Assembly: GCA_913057875.1 (NCBI GenBank) | Contig: CAJXPI010000001.1 | Span: 1 to 49,402 of the forward strand | Length of the DNA: 49,402 bases | Reading direction: 5' to 3' | From: an uncultured Flavobacteriales bacterium | GTDB lineage: Bacteria > Bacteroidota > Bacteroidia > Flavobacteriales_G > Salibacteraceae | Part shown: piece after piece, positions 38,423 through 48,600 of the stretch | Layout of the letters: the number at the start of each line of letters is the position of its first letter | How positions within the stretch are numbered: position 1 is the first letter of the stretch | Notes under the pieces: generated by a model | What the model saw: only the letters and a program-made list of their open reading frames with translations | Database searches by the model: none | What the model was told of the DNA's origin: nothing | Position numbers and translations under genes: made by a program

Positions 38423-41400
38423 TTATTGGATCACTATTTTCTTAGTGGTTACAGCGCCATTTTCTGGAGTGTATTTTAATAAGTACAATCCAAAAGATAG
38501 GTTTTGTTTACTAATTTCAAGGTGGTCCGTATATTGAATAGAAGTCTTGGAGTAGAATTTTTTTCCAGTCACATCTAATATTACAATATCTCCGTTAAAC
38601 TCACTTTTAGCAGTTAATTGAATGGAAGATTCTGTTTGAGAAATCATAAACGTATTGCTTACTTTTTCTTCATCAATTCCAGTAGTAGGATTACCATTTG
38701 GATTTCCACTATCTTTAGAAGAATTGCCATTACCTTGATCAGAAAGTTTGTTCACATAAATCAATTCAAAGCGCGCAGTATACTCTACATTAGCATCTAA
38801 TTGCACCTGGTAGTCACCTTGACTTAAATCGTGGTTTACATTTAATACGTTATCTCTTAAATAGATTTCAAATGCAGGGTCCAAATTTTTTCTCAGGTAA
38901 TTAGAAAAAGTGTGAGAGCCTGTTTCGTCAGAAGTTACCACCAGTGGAATGGATTTTGTTTCGTTTACATCCATATTGGCTATAGATTGAATTACAAATT
39001 CATCGGAATCATTTAAACTAGCGAATCTAACATGGCCATTCCCTACCAGTTTATGGGCATCGTAACCTAAATCAAATGAATCGGTTGTCATGGTATTGAA
39101 CCCTACTAAAATGTTATTGGTGAAATTGGATGGGGATGAAAAACTAATCCATGCGTTATGCTGATCCTTGGGTTGTACTGTTTTAAAGAACTGTGAATTG
39201 CTACTGGTTCGCATGGAGTTATTAAATACTACGTTTGAATTGGTATTTGCGACCACCCAAAAACCTTGTCCGCTTGCTATGTGTCCCTGTGGAATTTCGG
39301 AGGTGTTTCCTGAATTTACTCCCCCTGCCATATTCCATGATGCATAATCTTGGTCTTCATTATATCCTCCAGTGGTGTCTGCTTCATCCCAAAAGTACAG
39401 TGCATCTACGATTCTATTGTTATTCACCGCATTTTCTGCCCAAAAACTAGCCGCGTTAATCGCAGACGGGTAAGGGTTTCCTATCAAATTCCAATCATCA
39501 TCACCCCAATTAGTTCCACCTGGATTGATAAGGTTTGTCGTGCTAATTGGTGTGGTAATTTCTCCATTATTTACTTTTCCGGAGTAGGTTTTAGTCACCA
39601 CAGAATTCCCAGGAGCGAAATAACCCCTTGCAATATCCATATTGCCATCACCACCTGTGATAACATCATTAGTTCCGAAGGTTACCCCGTTTCCGTAACA
39701 AGTGGTTGAATATCCTTGAGGGTAATCGTATTTCCAGCTTTGTGTTAACCTGTCGAAAACAAAGATGGCGCATGCATTGGCTCCAGGAAATATATCTGTT
39801 ATTGTTGCATCTTCAACAGGGGAGGACCAGATATTATATACATAAGCAGAGTTGTTTCCATCTCTTTTTACGTTATATATTCCCGAACCCGAATTATTGT
39901 CTATTCCAGACATGGTTTGAACTAAAGAACCACCTTCATCTATGTTAATAGTCCCATTGTTCGTAATAGGACCATCAGTGGTCAAAGAGATGCCCGTATT
40001 TACATTGAAAACTCCACCTGATTGAATTTCGATCTCTCTTACTTGGGCATCTTCATTTAGTGTAAGAGCTGCGCTAGCGTTTGATTTCACTAATAGTTTG
40101 TAACAACCATCTACAGTAGAAGGAGATCCATTTACACCTCCACCATTAAGGTAGTTAGTTCCATCTACTACAATTTGGTCTTGATACTCGAATGTAAAAT
40201 ACCTATTGTTTTTTAGCAAAACATTGGTAGCGGAATAAACACCTGCGCTCAATGTCATTTCGTATCTGGTTTTACTTGAAAAATTAGCGTCATTACTCAC
40301 GATTAAGTAAAGTGGAGCACATGACGGTTTTGCTACTAAATCTAAATCAGACGCATTAACTTCCAAGGTAACTCTTCCGGGGTTTCCAGAACGACTGACT
40401 TTCCATGTAGAATTTTGTCTCTCCATATAATCTGAAGCTGTAGAAAAGTTATGATTATCCGTGTCCTGATTTTCTCCCCACAAAAGATACTCATTAGCCG
40501 CCAGATGAGCAGGATTACCAATTTTAATAATTCCTGTCCCCTGCGAACTGCTTAAAGAGGACCCATCTGCATTCATTCCAATACCAGAAACATGATAATC
40601 AAAGTTTCCATTTCCTGAATTATCTTGAGTGAAGATATCATTACTGGCTAATGTAATTCCGTATTTGGCGGATAAATAGTTGTCAATAATTATTTTTTCA
40701 ATGGTAGTTAAGGCGCTGTTAAATACCATAACTTCAGCCACTTCACCCGTGAAATAGCGACCCGGGTAATAACCTCCTATATAAAATGTACTTGTATAAT
40801 TAGACGGTCTTTCTTGTGAAACAAAGTGTAATTGGTCACTATGCGAATAACTGGTACTTGTTGATCCGTTAACATATGATTTACCTGTGGTAGTGGACCA
40901 CGTGTCGTTGTTTGTTCCTCCGCCACTTCCAGGTGCTTGCCAGTAGGTTGAATTTCCGCTACTAGGTCGTCTAATTCCTTTGTCTCCATTAAATCCTGCA
41001 ACAGCCTCAAATGAATTCCCTGATCCAGGATTATTTACTACTATAATGGTGTTTCCGCTTACATTGGAGGAAGTTCTGAATTGTCGGTTCAGGGTAGTTG
41101 CTGTTATTTTTGCGTGTCCATTAATTAAATCAGATGAACCAGATTGATAAGTCACATTGCCCGAATTTGTTAAGTCGTTTCCATTACCAGAAACGTCTAG
41201 CCATTTGCTTACGGTTTGACCATCGGTAGGCAAGGTGTTAGAACTGTTTCTTACTGATTCTGGAGTATACCAGGCAACTAATTTTGAACTCGCATCTGTA
41301 GAGCCTACGCCACCGGGACCTAATGGATAAACAGTTGCTACCGGAGCGGTTCCTTCAATTTTTACATTGTCAACCGCCCACCAGTAACCCCAAGTAGCTA

Positions 41401-41896
41401 TAAATGTAAATCGTATTTGCGCATTGCTAGCTCCTGAAATAGCTGTGGTAATGTCAATTGATTCACTGGCAATGGCTGGGTAGTTACCATCTCCATTTTC
41501 CCATAAAAAAACAGAGACCCAAGAGGATCCATTGTATACTTCTACTTCACAAGATTCGCCAGATATATATTCACGGTATTGGTGATCAAAAGATAGCTGA
41601 AGGCTGGCATAGCTTGAAGCGTCAAAAGATGTACTGGAAACGGTTGTGTTTTGAGTGTTCCCAGATCCTAATTCATCACTATCAAGGATCATAAACGAAC
41701 CACTAATTGGACTGGAAAAAGTTCTATTCCCGGGGTTGTTAAAAGACCAGATGGAGGTGTTGCCGCTGGCGTTAGCGGTGTTGGACCATCCGGTAGGAAG
41801 ACCCCCAGAGAAATTTTCATTTAGCACAACGGTTTGAGCAAAAGCTGGGAACCCCGTGATTAAAATGAAAAATAGTGTGTGGAATATTTTTCGCAT
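38423..41896 (-). CDS. T9SS type A protein: cleaved-adhesin/MAM-like domain, LamG-like domain, AKYG module, shared C-terminal module
   Basis: Signal AFA|Q, ENFSGGLPTGW..WAVDNV, GPGGV..GEVAEV..NYLSAKYG, WNLIGNPYPS, and CTD LDVTGK..GLYLL..KKIV. Confidence 0.88.
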   Translation of the reverse strand: MRKIFHTLFFILITGFPAFAQTVVLNENFSGGLPTGWSNTANASGNTSIWSFNNPGNRTFSSPISGSFMILDSDELGSGNTQNTTVSSTSFDASSYASLQLSFDHQYREYISGESCEVEVYNGSSWVSVFLWENGDGNYPAIASESIDITTAISGASNAQIRFTFIATWGYWWAVDNVKIEGTAPVATVYPLGPGGVGSTDASSKLVAWYTPESVRNSSNTLPTDGQTVSKWLDVSGNGNDLTNSGNVTYQSGSSDLINGHAKITATTLNRQFRTSSNVSGNTIIVVNNPGSGNSFEAVAGFNGDKGIRRPSSGNSTYWQAPGSGGGTNNDTWSTTTGKSYVNGSTSTSYSHSDQLHFVSQERPSNYTSTFYIGGYYPGRYFTGEVAEVMVFNSALTTIEKIIIDNYLSAKYGITLASNDIFTQDNSGNGNFDYHVSGIGMNADGSSLSSSQGTGIIKIGNPAHLAANEYLLWGENQDTDNHNFSTASDYMERQNSTWKVSRSGNPGRVTLEVNASDLDLVAKPSCAPLYLIVSNDANFSSKTRYEMTLSAGVYSATNVLLKNNRYFTFEYQDQIVVDGTNYLNGGGVNGSPSTVDGCYKLLVKSNASAALTLNEDAQVREIEIQSGGVFNVNTGISLTTDGPITNNGTINIDEGGSLVQTMSGIDNNSGSGIYNVKRDGNNSAYVYNIWSSPVEDATITDIFPGANACAIFVFDRLTQSWKYDYPQGYSTTCYGNGVTFGTNDVITGGDGNMDIARGYFAPGNSVVTKTYSGKVNNGEITTPISTTNLINPGGTNWGDDDWNLIGNPYPSAINAASFWAENAVNNNRIVDALYFWDEADTTGGYNEDQDYASWNMAGGVNSGNTSEIPQGHIASGQGFWVVANTNSNVVFNNSMRTSSNSQFFKTVQPKDQHNAWISFSSPSNFTNNILVGFNTMTTDSFDLGYDAHKLVGNGHVRFASLNDSDEFVIQSIANMDVNETKSIPLVVTSDETGSHTFSNYLRKNLDPAFEIYLRDNVLNVNHDLSQGDYQVQLDANVEYTARFELIYVNKLSDQGNGNSSKDSGNPNGNPTTGIDEEKVSNTFMISQTESSIQLTAKSEFNGDIVILDVTGKKFYSKTSIQYTDHLEISKQNLSFGLYLLKYTPENGAVTTKKIVIQ

Positions 41897-42149
41897 TTTG
41901 TAGTTTTTTAGTGTAGTGAAAAGAGGTAATGGTACCTTTTATCGAAGACGAAACTAGGGAGAGGAAAATAATCGGTAAAACAATTCCGCTATATTGAAAA
42001 ACTTTGAAAACCTGTTTTATGCAGGATGTTTTAGTGGATTAATAGTTAAAATTATTGGGTTTTTAATTAAGAATTAAATTAGAAAGTAATACGGTTTGAC
42101 ATTTTTGAATTGGATAAAAATAATAGTTCGATTTCTTAATTTCCAGAAC

Positions 42150-42179
42150 TTAAAGAGGCGCCTCAATGCGCCTCTTTAA
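42150..42179 (-). terminator. Stem-loop terminator after 42195-45296
   Basis: TTAAAGAGGCGC-ctcaat-GCGCCTCTTTAA, 15 bp past the stop codon. Confidence 0.8.
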
Positions 42180-42194
42180 CGGATGTCTTTTTTA

Positions 42195-45100
42195 TTAGGG
42201 GACAATAAACTTTTGGGTAATTACTTTAGCATTATTTTGCGTTATTAAAAGAATATATGTTCCTCCAGTGAGCTGTTGAATTGAAATGAATTCCGAAACC
42301 GAGTTTTCAATGTTTCTTTTTAACCACACTTCTTTACCTGTGATATCTAGTATTTGCAAGTTGCCAGAAAAACCATTAGAATTGGTGAGTTCTAAAGCAT
42401 TTGAAAATTGAAATAAGTTAAACCCATTTGATTTTAAAGTTTCAGGTAATGTGGTTGTTGTATTTGAAGAGTCGGTGTTCGATGGGTTTCCTAAGTCTTT
42501 CGATCCACTTCCATTATTGTTAACGGTGATGGTGTTTTGAAACTCCAATTGGAACCTGTTGTCGTAAGTCGTATTTGCCAAAAGGTTTACCGTGTATTCT
42601 CCATTAGAGAGATCATGCTTGGTACCATTTACCAAATCCACTAAATAAATTTTTATAGCATTTGGCATGAATTGTTTTTGGTAATTTGAGAAGCTATGAA
42701 CACCTAATTCATCCGTAAAAACTACTAAAGGAATAATTTTCGATTCTGCTACTTCAAGTTTAGCCATAGATTGAATGACAAATTCATCTTGGTTTATAAT
42801 TGATGCAAAACGTACGTGTCCGTTACCTACTAGTTTATGAGCATCATAGCCATCATCAATGCCATCTGTAGAATGACTATTGTAACCTACTAGGATATTG
42901 TTTTTATATCCAGAAGGGGAGGTGAATCTAAACCAAGCATTATGCTGCTGGTCTTTTGTTCTTTTAAAAAACTGATTGTTTGCAGATACACGCATCGCAT
43001 TTGAAAATTTTACGTGGCTGTTGTTTTTAGCAACAACCCAGAATCCTTGACCGCTAGCAATGTTGCCTAGAGGTTGTTTATTGGAGTTTCCGGACTCTAC
43101 TCCTCCGCTTAAGTTCCAAGAAGCATAATCAGAATGTTGGTTATAACCCCCTGAAGAGTCGGCTTCATCCCAGAAGTATAATGCATCCGTAATTCTTTGA
43201 TTTAAGATTGCATTTTCTTTCCAAAAAGAATCCGCGCTTAGCCCTGAGGGGTAGGGATTTCCTAATAGGTTCCAGTCATCATCTGCCCAATCAGTTCCTC
43301 CGGGGTTACCTAAATTGGTGGTATGTACATATGATTCATAATCTCCATTATTTGTGGCGCCAATAAAAGTACGTTGTGGAGAATTGTTTCCAGTAATAAA
43401 GTAACCTACTCCTATATCCATTACACCATCTCCCCCGGAAATAACGTTGTTGGAAGAAAATGTGACGCTTGAACCATTGCAAGTAGTGCTAAAGCCAGGG
43501 CTGTAATCATAGGACCATGTCTGATTTATGTTGTCGAAACAAAAAATATCACAAGGGTTAGTACTATTGAATACCGTGGTAATGTTCGCATTAGAAACAG
43601 GAGAGGACCAAATATTGTATATGTGGTTAAAGTTATTTCCTGTCCGTGCAATGGAATAATAACCAGAACCAGAATTTGTATTTAGTCCAACATGTTGTTG
43701 AATTAAGGAGGAATGTTCCTCTACGTTGATGATGCCGTTATTTATGATTTCATTTTTAATGCATAGAAAATGCGAGGTTGTTAATGATAGTTCAGCGGAA
43801 GAATCAATTTGCACAGCCTTTACATTTGCGTCTTCATTAAGTTGGGCAATGGTGTTACTCGTTACTCTTAATGAATAGCAAGCATCGTTAATTGATGGCG
43901 CGTTATTTATTCCACTTCCATTATAGTTAGTAGTTCCTGAAATAACGATTTCGCTAATGTATTCAAATGTAAAATAGTCACCGTCATTTAGACTTATATT
44001 GCTTGCAGTGTAGATTCCTGAAGATAAAGATAAAGGGTAGGTTACTTTAGTTGAAAATGAGGAATCACTGCTTACAATTAAGTTTAATGCTGTACAGGAT
44101 GGTTTTTGGGTTAGGTCTAACTCAGATGCGGGAACAGATAAGGTGATTGTTCCAAGATTGTTTCTTTTACTTACTCTCCATAACATGTTAAGCTTCTCTG
44201 TGAATAGGTCAGAAGTTAAAAAGGAATAATTTGAGTTTTTTTGTTTCTGACCCCAGAACAAATATTTATCGTTTTGCAACGGAGAGGGATGAGATATGGT
44301 AACAATTCCTGAACCACGTGATTCCTTGTGCTCCGAGCCATCACTGAATTTTCCAATGCCGGTAACGTGAAAGTCAAAATCTCCTAAATTGGCATTATCT
44401 CGAGTATAAAAATCATTATTTATGAGCGTACAACCATACTTTGCTGCCAAATGGTTTTCTAATATAATTCGTTCTACTTCTGAAATGTGGGTATTGAAAT
44501 GGATAAACTCAGCGATGTCACCACAATAATATTGCCCATGACCGGTTGATGGACCATTTTCAAAATAGGTTCCGTTATTACTTGCGCCTAAGCCAATTAA
44601 TCCAATGTGTTGATATAATAGGCCTACACTTGAAATATCACCGATGTGATTTCCGTTAATAAATACCTTAATGCTTCCTGTTTTGTTTACATTTCCATTC
44701 ATGATAATGGATAGGATGTAGGTCGTGTTACTATTTACATTCGCAGAAACGGAACCAAAGCCCCATGGCGATGCCTGCCCATCATTTGTCACATTCCATC
44801 CGCCAACGTAAATTTTGTTGCCACTAATATAGATGTTTAGCCCACGTGCTTTACCCCCTTCTTCATAAACTACTTGCCGAGAGTTACAGTCAATTCCTGT
44901 TTTTAATACTACAGCAAAGGATTTAGAGTAGCTATTACCCAAATTGATGTCTGAATTGCTGGTGATTTCAAGTAGGTCGTCAACTCCATCGAATTGAACA
45001 ACAGGGTTTCCATTTATTAAATTTTGAGTTGAATGTAATACCTGAGGTTGTTTGGTGGCGGAAGTTTGTGTCGCATTTATAACGTTACCTCCAATGTTAT

Positions 45101-45296
45101 CCCATAATGATAGGCTAGCCCCATTGTTAATAAGGGTCAAACTACCTGGTTCAAAATGAAAGCGATTACTGACACTACTTTGTATTCCGCCAGGACCTGT
45201 TTGTGCAATACTAATAAATGGGATTAGAAGTAAAAGCAAGGTTAGAAATTGAATTATGTCATCAATAGCGCTTTGTTTATTTCTATTTGTTCTCAT
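42195..45296 (-). CDS. T9SS type A protein: LamG-like domain, AKYG module, shared C-terminal module (ORF track start 45338)
   Basis: Signal SIA|QTGPGG, VQFDGVDD, GDIAEF..NHLAAKYG, WNLLGNPYPS, and CTD LDITGK..GTYIL..KFIV. Confidence 0.88.
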   Translation of the reverse strand: MRTNRNKQSAIDDIIQFLTLLLLLIPFISIAQTGPGGIQSSVSNRFHFEPGSLTLINNGASLSLWDNIGGNVINATQTSATKQPQVLHSTQNLINGNPVVQFDGVDDLLEITSNSDINLGNSYSKSFAVVLKTGIDCNSRQVVYEEGGKARGLNIYISGNKIYVGGWNVTNDGQASPWGFGSVSANVNSNTTYILSIIMNGNVNKTGSIKVFINGNHIGDISSVGLLYQHIGLIGLGASNNGTYFENGPSTGHGQYYCGDIAEFIHFNTHISEVERIILENHLAAKYGCTLINNDFYTRDNANLGDFDFHVTGIGKFSDGSEHKESRGSGIVTISHPSPLQNDKYLFWGQKQKNSNYSFLTSDLFTEKLNMLWRVSKRNNLGTITLSVPASELDLTQKPSCTALNLIVSSDSSFSTKVTYPLSLSSGIYTASNISLNDGDYFTFEYISEIVISGTTNYNGSGINNAPSINDACYSLRVTSNTIAQLNEDANVKAVQIDSSAELSLTTSHFLCIKNEIINNGIINVEEHSSLIQQHVGLNTNSGSGYYSIARTGNNFNHIYNIWSSPVSNANITTVFNSTNPCDIFCFDNINQTWSYDYSPGFSTTCNGSSVTFSSNNVISGGDGVMDIGVGYFITGNNSPQRTFIGATNNGDYESYVHTTNLGNPGGTDWADDDWNLLGNPYPSGLSADSFWKENAILNQRITDALYFWDEADSSGGYNQHSDYASWNLSGGVESGNSNKQPLGNIASGQGFWVVAKNNSHVKFSNAMRVSANNQFFKRTKDQQHNAWFRFTSPSGYKNNILVGYNSHSTDGIDDGYDAHKLVGNGHVRFASIINQDEFVIQSMAKLEVAESKIIPLVVFTDELGVHSFSNYQKQFMPNAIKIYLVDLVNGTKHDLSNGEYTVNLLANTTYDNRFQLEFQNTITVNNNGSGSKDLGNPSNTDSSNTTTTLPETLKSNGFNLFQFSNALELTNSNGFSGNLQILDITGKEVWLKRNIENSVSEFISIQQLTGGTYILLITQNNAKVITQKFIVP

Positions 45297-45648
45297 GGTG
45301 AATTTGATTTCGAATATGGAAAACAAATTACAAGCCATGAGTTAACTTTCTGTTTTCTAGGTATTTGATGTTTTTGTCTTATGTAGTTATTTCCCATTTT
45401 TGGAAATAAGAGTCATTTTGGGATTAGGTAATTGATTTTGAGAACCTAAATAGAAAATAGTTAAAGGTATATTAATGGCTGTTTAACCTTCGAAGAGATG
45501 CCTAGGCCTGGCCATAGTTTTTCATTACCAAATCCAAGCTTTTTTTAGATGGGAGTGGCATTAGAAAAGCACTAGGATTAATGGGATAACGTAGGATCCT
45601 TCCAAAATTCAAGTTCTGAATTTATCTACATGAATTACACATCATTTG

Positions 45649-45683
45649 AAAAAAAGGAGTTTCAAATTTTGAAACTCCTTTTT
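45649..45683 (-). terminator. Intrinsic terminator after 45699-49238
   Basis: AAAAAGGAGTTTCAA-att-TTGAAACTCCTTTTT. Confidence 0.88.
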
Positions 45684-45698
45684 AAAGTGAGGTAATTA

Positions 45699-48600
45699 TT
45701 AGGGTTGAACAAATTTTTTGGTGAAAAAAGTTTGGTTCCCATTTGAAATTGAAATTAGATAAATACCACTTGATATTGCATGAGTGGCAATGCGAATGGA
45801 TTGGGCATTTTCAATGCCTCTTTTTGACCATACTTCTTTTCCAGTGATATCCAGTATTCTCAATTTGCCAGAAAAGCCATCAGAATGCATTATTTCTAGG
45901 ACATTAGATTTTTGAACGAAACTAAACCCTTTTGATTTTAGGTTTTCACGCACGTTTGTTGTCGTGTTAGAAGAGTCTGTGTTTGATGTTCCTCCTAGGT
46001 CTTTAGATCCTGAACCGTCATTCGTTGCAGTTATTGTATTTTCAAATTCCAATTGAAACCTAGTGTCGTAAGTGGTATTGGCTACAAGATTTATGGAGTA
46101 GTCACCAGTTGAAAGATCAAACCGAACTCCTTCCACGTGGTCAACCAGATAGATTTTCACAGAGTGGGACATTAATTGTCTTTGGTAATTGGAAAAAGTA
46201 TGCATCCCTGACTCATCTGTAAAGACTACTAATGGCACTATTTTGGTTTCAGCCAGCTCTAATTTGGCCATGGATTGAATGACAAATTCATCTTGGCTAA
46301 TAAGTGAGGCAAAACGAACATGTGCGTTACCTACTAATTTATGCGCATCATAACCGTCATCAATTCCATCTGTAGATTGGCTATTATATCCAACTAGAAT
46401 ATTGTTTTTGTACCCAGATGGCGAAGTAAACCTAAACCAAGCATTGTGTTGGTCGTTTTCTTCACGTTTGAAGAACTGGTTATTAGAAGTTACACGCATG
46501 CTGTTAGTGAATTTTAGCGATTCGTTATTTTTCGCTACCACCCAAAACCCCTGTCCACTTGCTATATTTCCTAGTGGTTGTTGGTTTGAGTTTCCTGATT
46601 CTACCCCTCCACTTAGGTTCCAAGATGCATAATCAGCGGTAGAATTATATCCTCCATTAGTATCTGCTTCATCCCAGAAATAAAGGGCATCTGTAATTCT
46701 TTGATTTAGAATTGCGTTTTCATACCAAAAGGAATCAGCACTTAGTCCTGACGGGTATGGATTACCTACTAAGTTCCAGTCATCATCTGCCCAACTCGTT
46801 CCACCTGGGTTTCCAAGTGCAGTGGCCACAATTGAAGTGGTGTAATCCCCGTTATTTACGGTACCTGAATATACGCGCGCAGATGCTAAGTTTCCAGGAA
46901 TAAAATAACCTCTGGTTACATCCATTACCCCATCACCTCCTGAAAGCAAATTGGGAGGGTGGAAGGTAACCGAGTTACCATAACACGTGGTTGAGTAACC
47001 GGTAGAGAAATCATATTTCCAGGATTGTGTTGCTTTTTCAAAGGCCCACATATCACATGGGTTGGCGTCATTAAAAATTGTTGTTAACTGTGCACTTGAA
47101 ATGGGTGACGACCAAATGTTATAGATGTAAGAGTTGGTGTTTCCGCTTCGGGTAATCTCATATGTTCCAGATCCATAATTAGAATCGGTTCCGGTTGTTT
47201 TTTGTACTAAAGAACCATTTTCATCTACGGAAATAGTTCCATTGTTAACGATATTTCCTGTCACTACCAAAAACTTATTAGTTGCAATGGATACCTTGCC
47301 TCCTGCCTGCACTTCCATTTCTCTAACATTGGCATTTTCGGTAATATTAAAGTTTAGATTAGCGGTACTTGTAATTAATAACTTGTAACATTCATCTCCC
47401 GTTCCTGGAGCATTGTTAGTTCCGCTTCCTCCAGTAAATCCGTTTTGGTCGATGGCAATTACATCTTGGTACTCTAAAGAAAAGTAGTCTCCGTTATTGA
47501 AGGAAACATTTTCAGCAATATATTGCCCGTTTTCATATGTCAAAGAATAGGTGGTTTTTCCAGAAAACGAAGAGGAGTTGGCAATGGCTAATTTCAACTC
47601 CGCACAAGACGTCATTCCTGATAAATTTAAGGAAGCTGAATCAAATGCTATGGTTACCGCACCAGGAGTATTATTAGTACTTACACGCCAAATGCTGCTT
47701 AACCTTTCCATGTAATCGGAATCGGTACTAAAAGAATAATCGGATGCTATTTGGTTTTCACCCCAGAATAAATAGTCATTATTACTTAATGACGTTTCAG
47801 CTTCTATGGTAACGATACCAGTACCTTTTGCTACAGTAATCGAAGATCCATCAGACGCTTTACCTATACCAGAAACGTTGTGGTCAAAGTTTCCATTACC
47901 ACTATTATCCTGAGAATAGTAATCCTCAGAGCTGGAAAGGCTAATTCCATATTTTGCAGCCAAATAGTTATGAAGAATGATTCTTTCTACATCAGTTATA
48001 TCCTCTTTTACTAGAATAACTTCCGCAATTTCTCCATCCAAATAATTTCTTGTTCCTGTACCAGATGTGTTCGGGGAAGCTCCAATTATTAAGTCATTCG
48101 AAGAGTTGTTAATATTTGAAGAATAACTATCCGTTCCTTTTGAGGTTCCATTATAATAGGTTTGTACCTTGTTCTTATCGTATACCATAGTAATGATGTT
48201 ATCCGAATTGGTGGATAGAGATGCGGAAACACGATTGCTAGAATAGTTGTTTACATACCCTAAAAATGAGTTATTCGAATTGTTTCTTGCTATTCCATAA
48301 CCATCATCCCAATCCCAGTCGGAACATTTTATTACGAAGGGAGCCCAAGAGTCAGATGAGGAGGTATATTTACCCACAACAATGATTGAAATTTTATCTG
48401 GGTTTAGGGAATTATCGTTACTTACTTCTAGATGGTCCTTAGAGCTTTTAGTAAAGTCTACCACCGGATAACCATTCATTTGGTTGGTCTTGTAGGTCGG
48501 AGCATCGTTGTTGGCTGCAATAGCGTTGTTGGCTTCAGAAGATAAATCACTCCAGGTGGTTACTTTATCATTATTTGAGTAATTTAAATGGTTGGCATCT

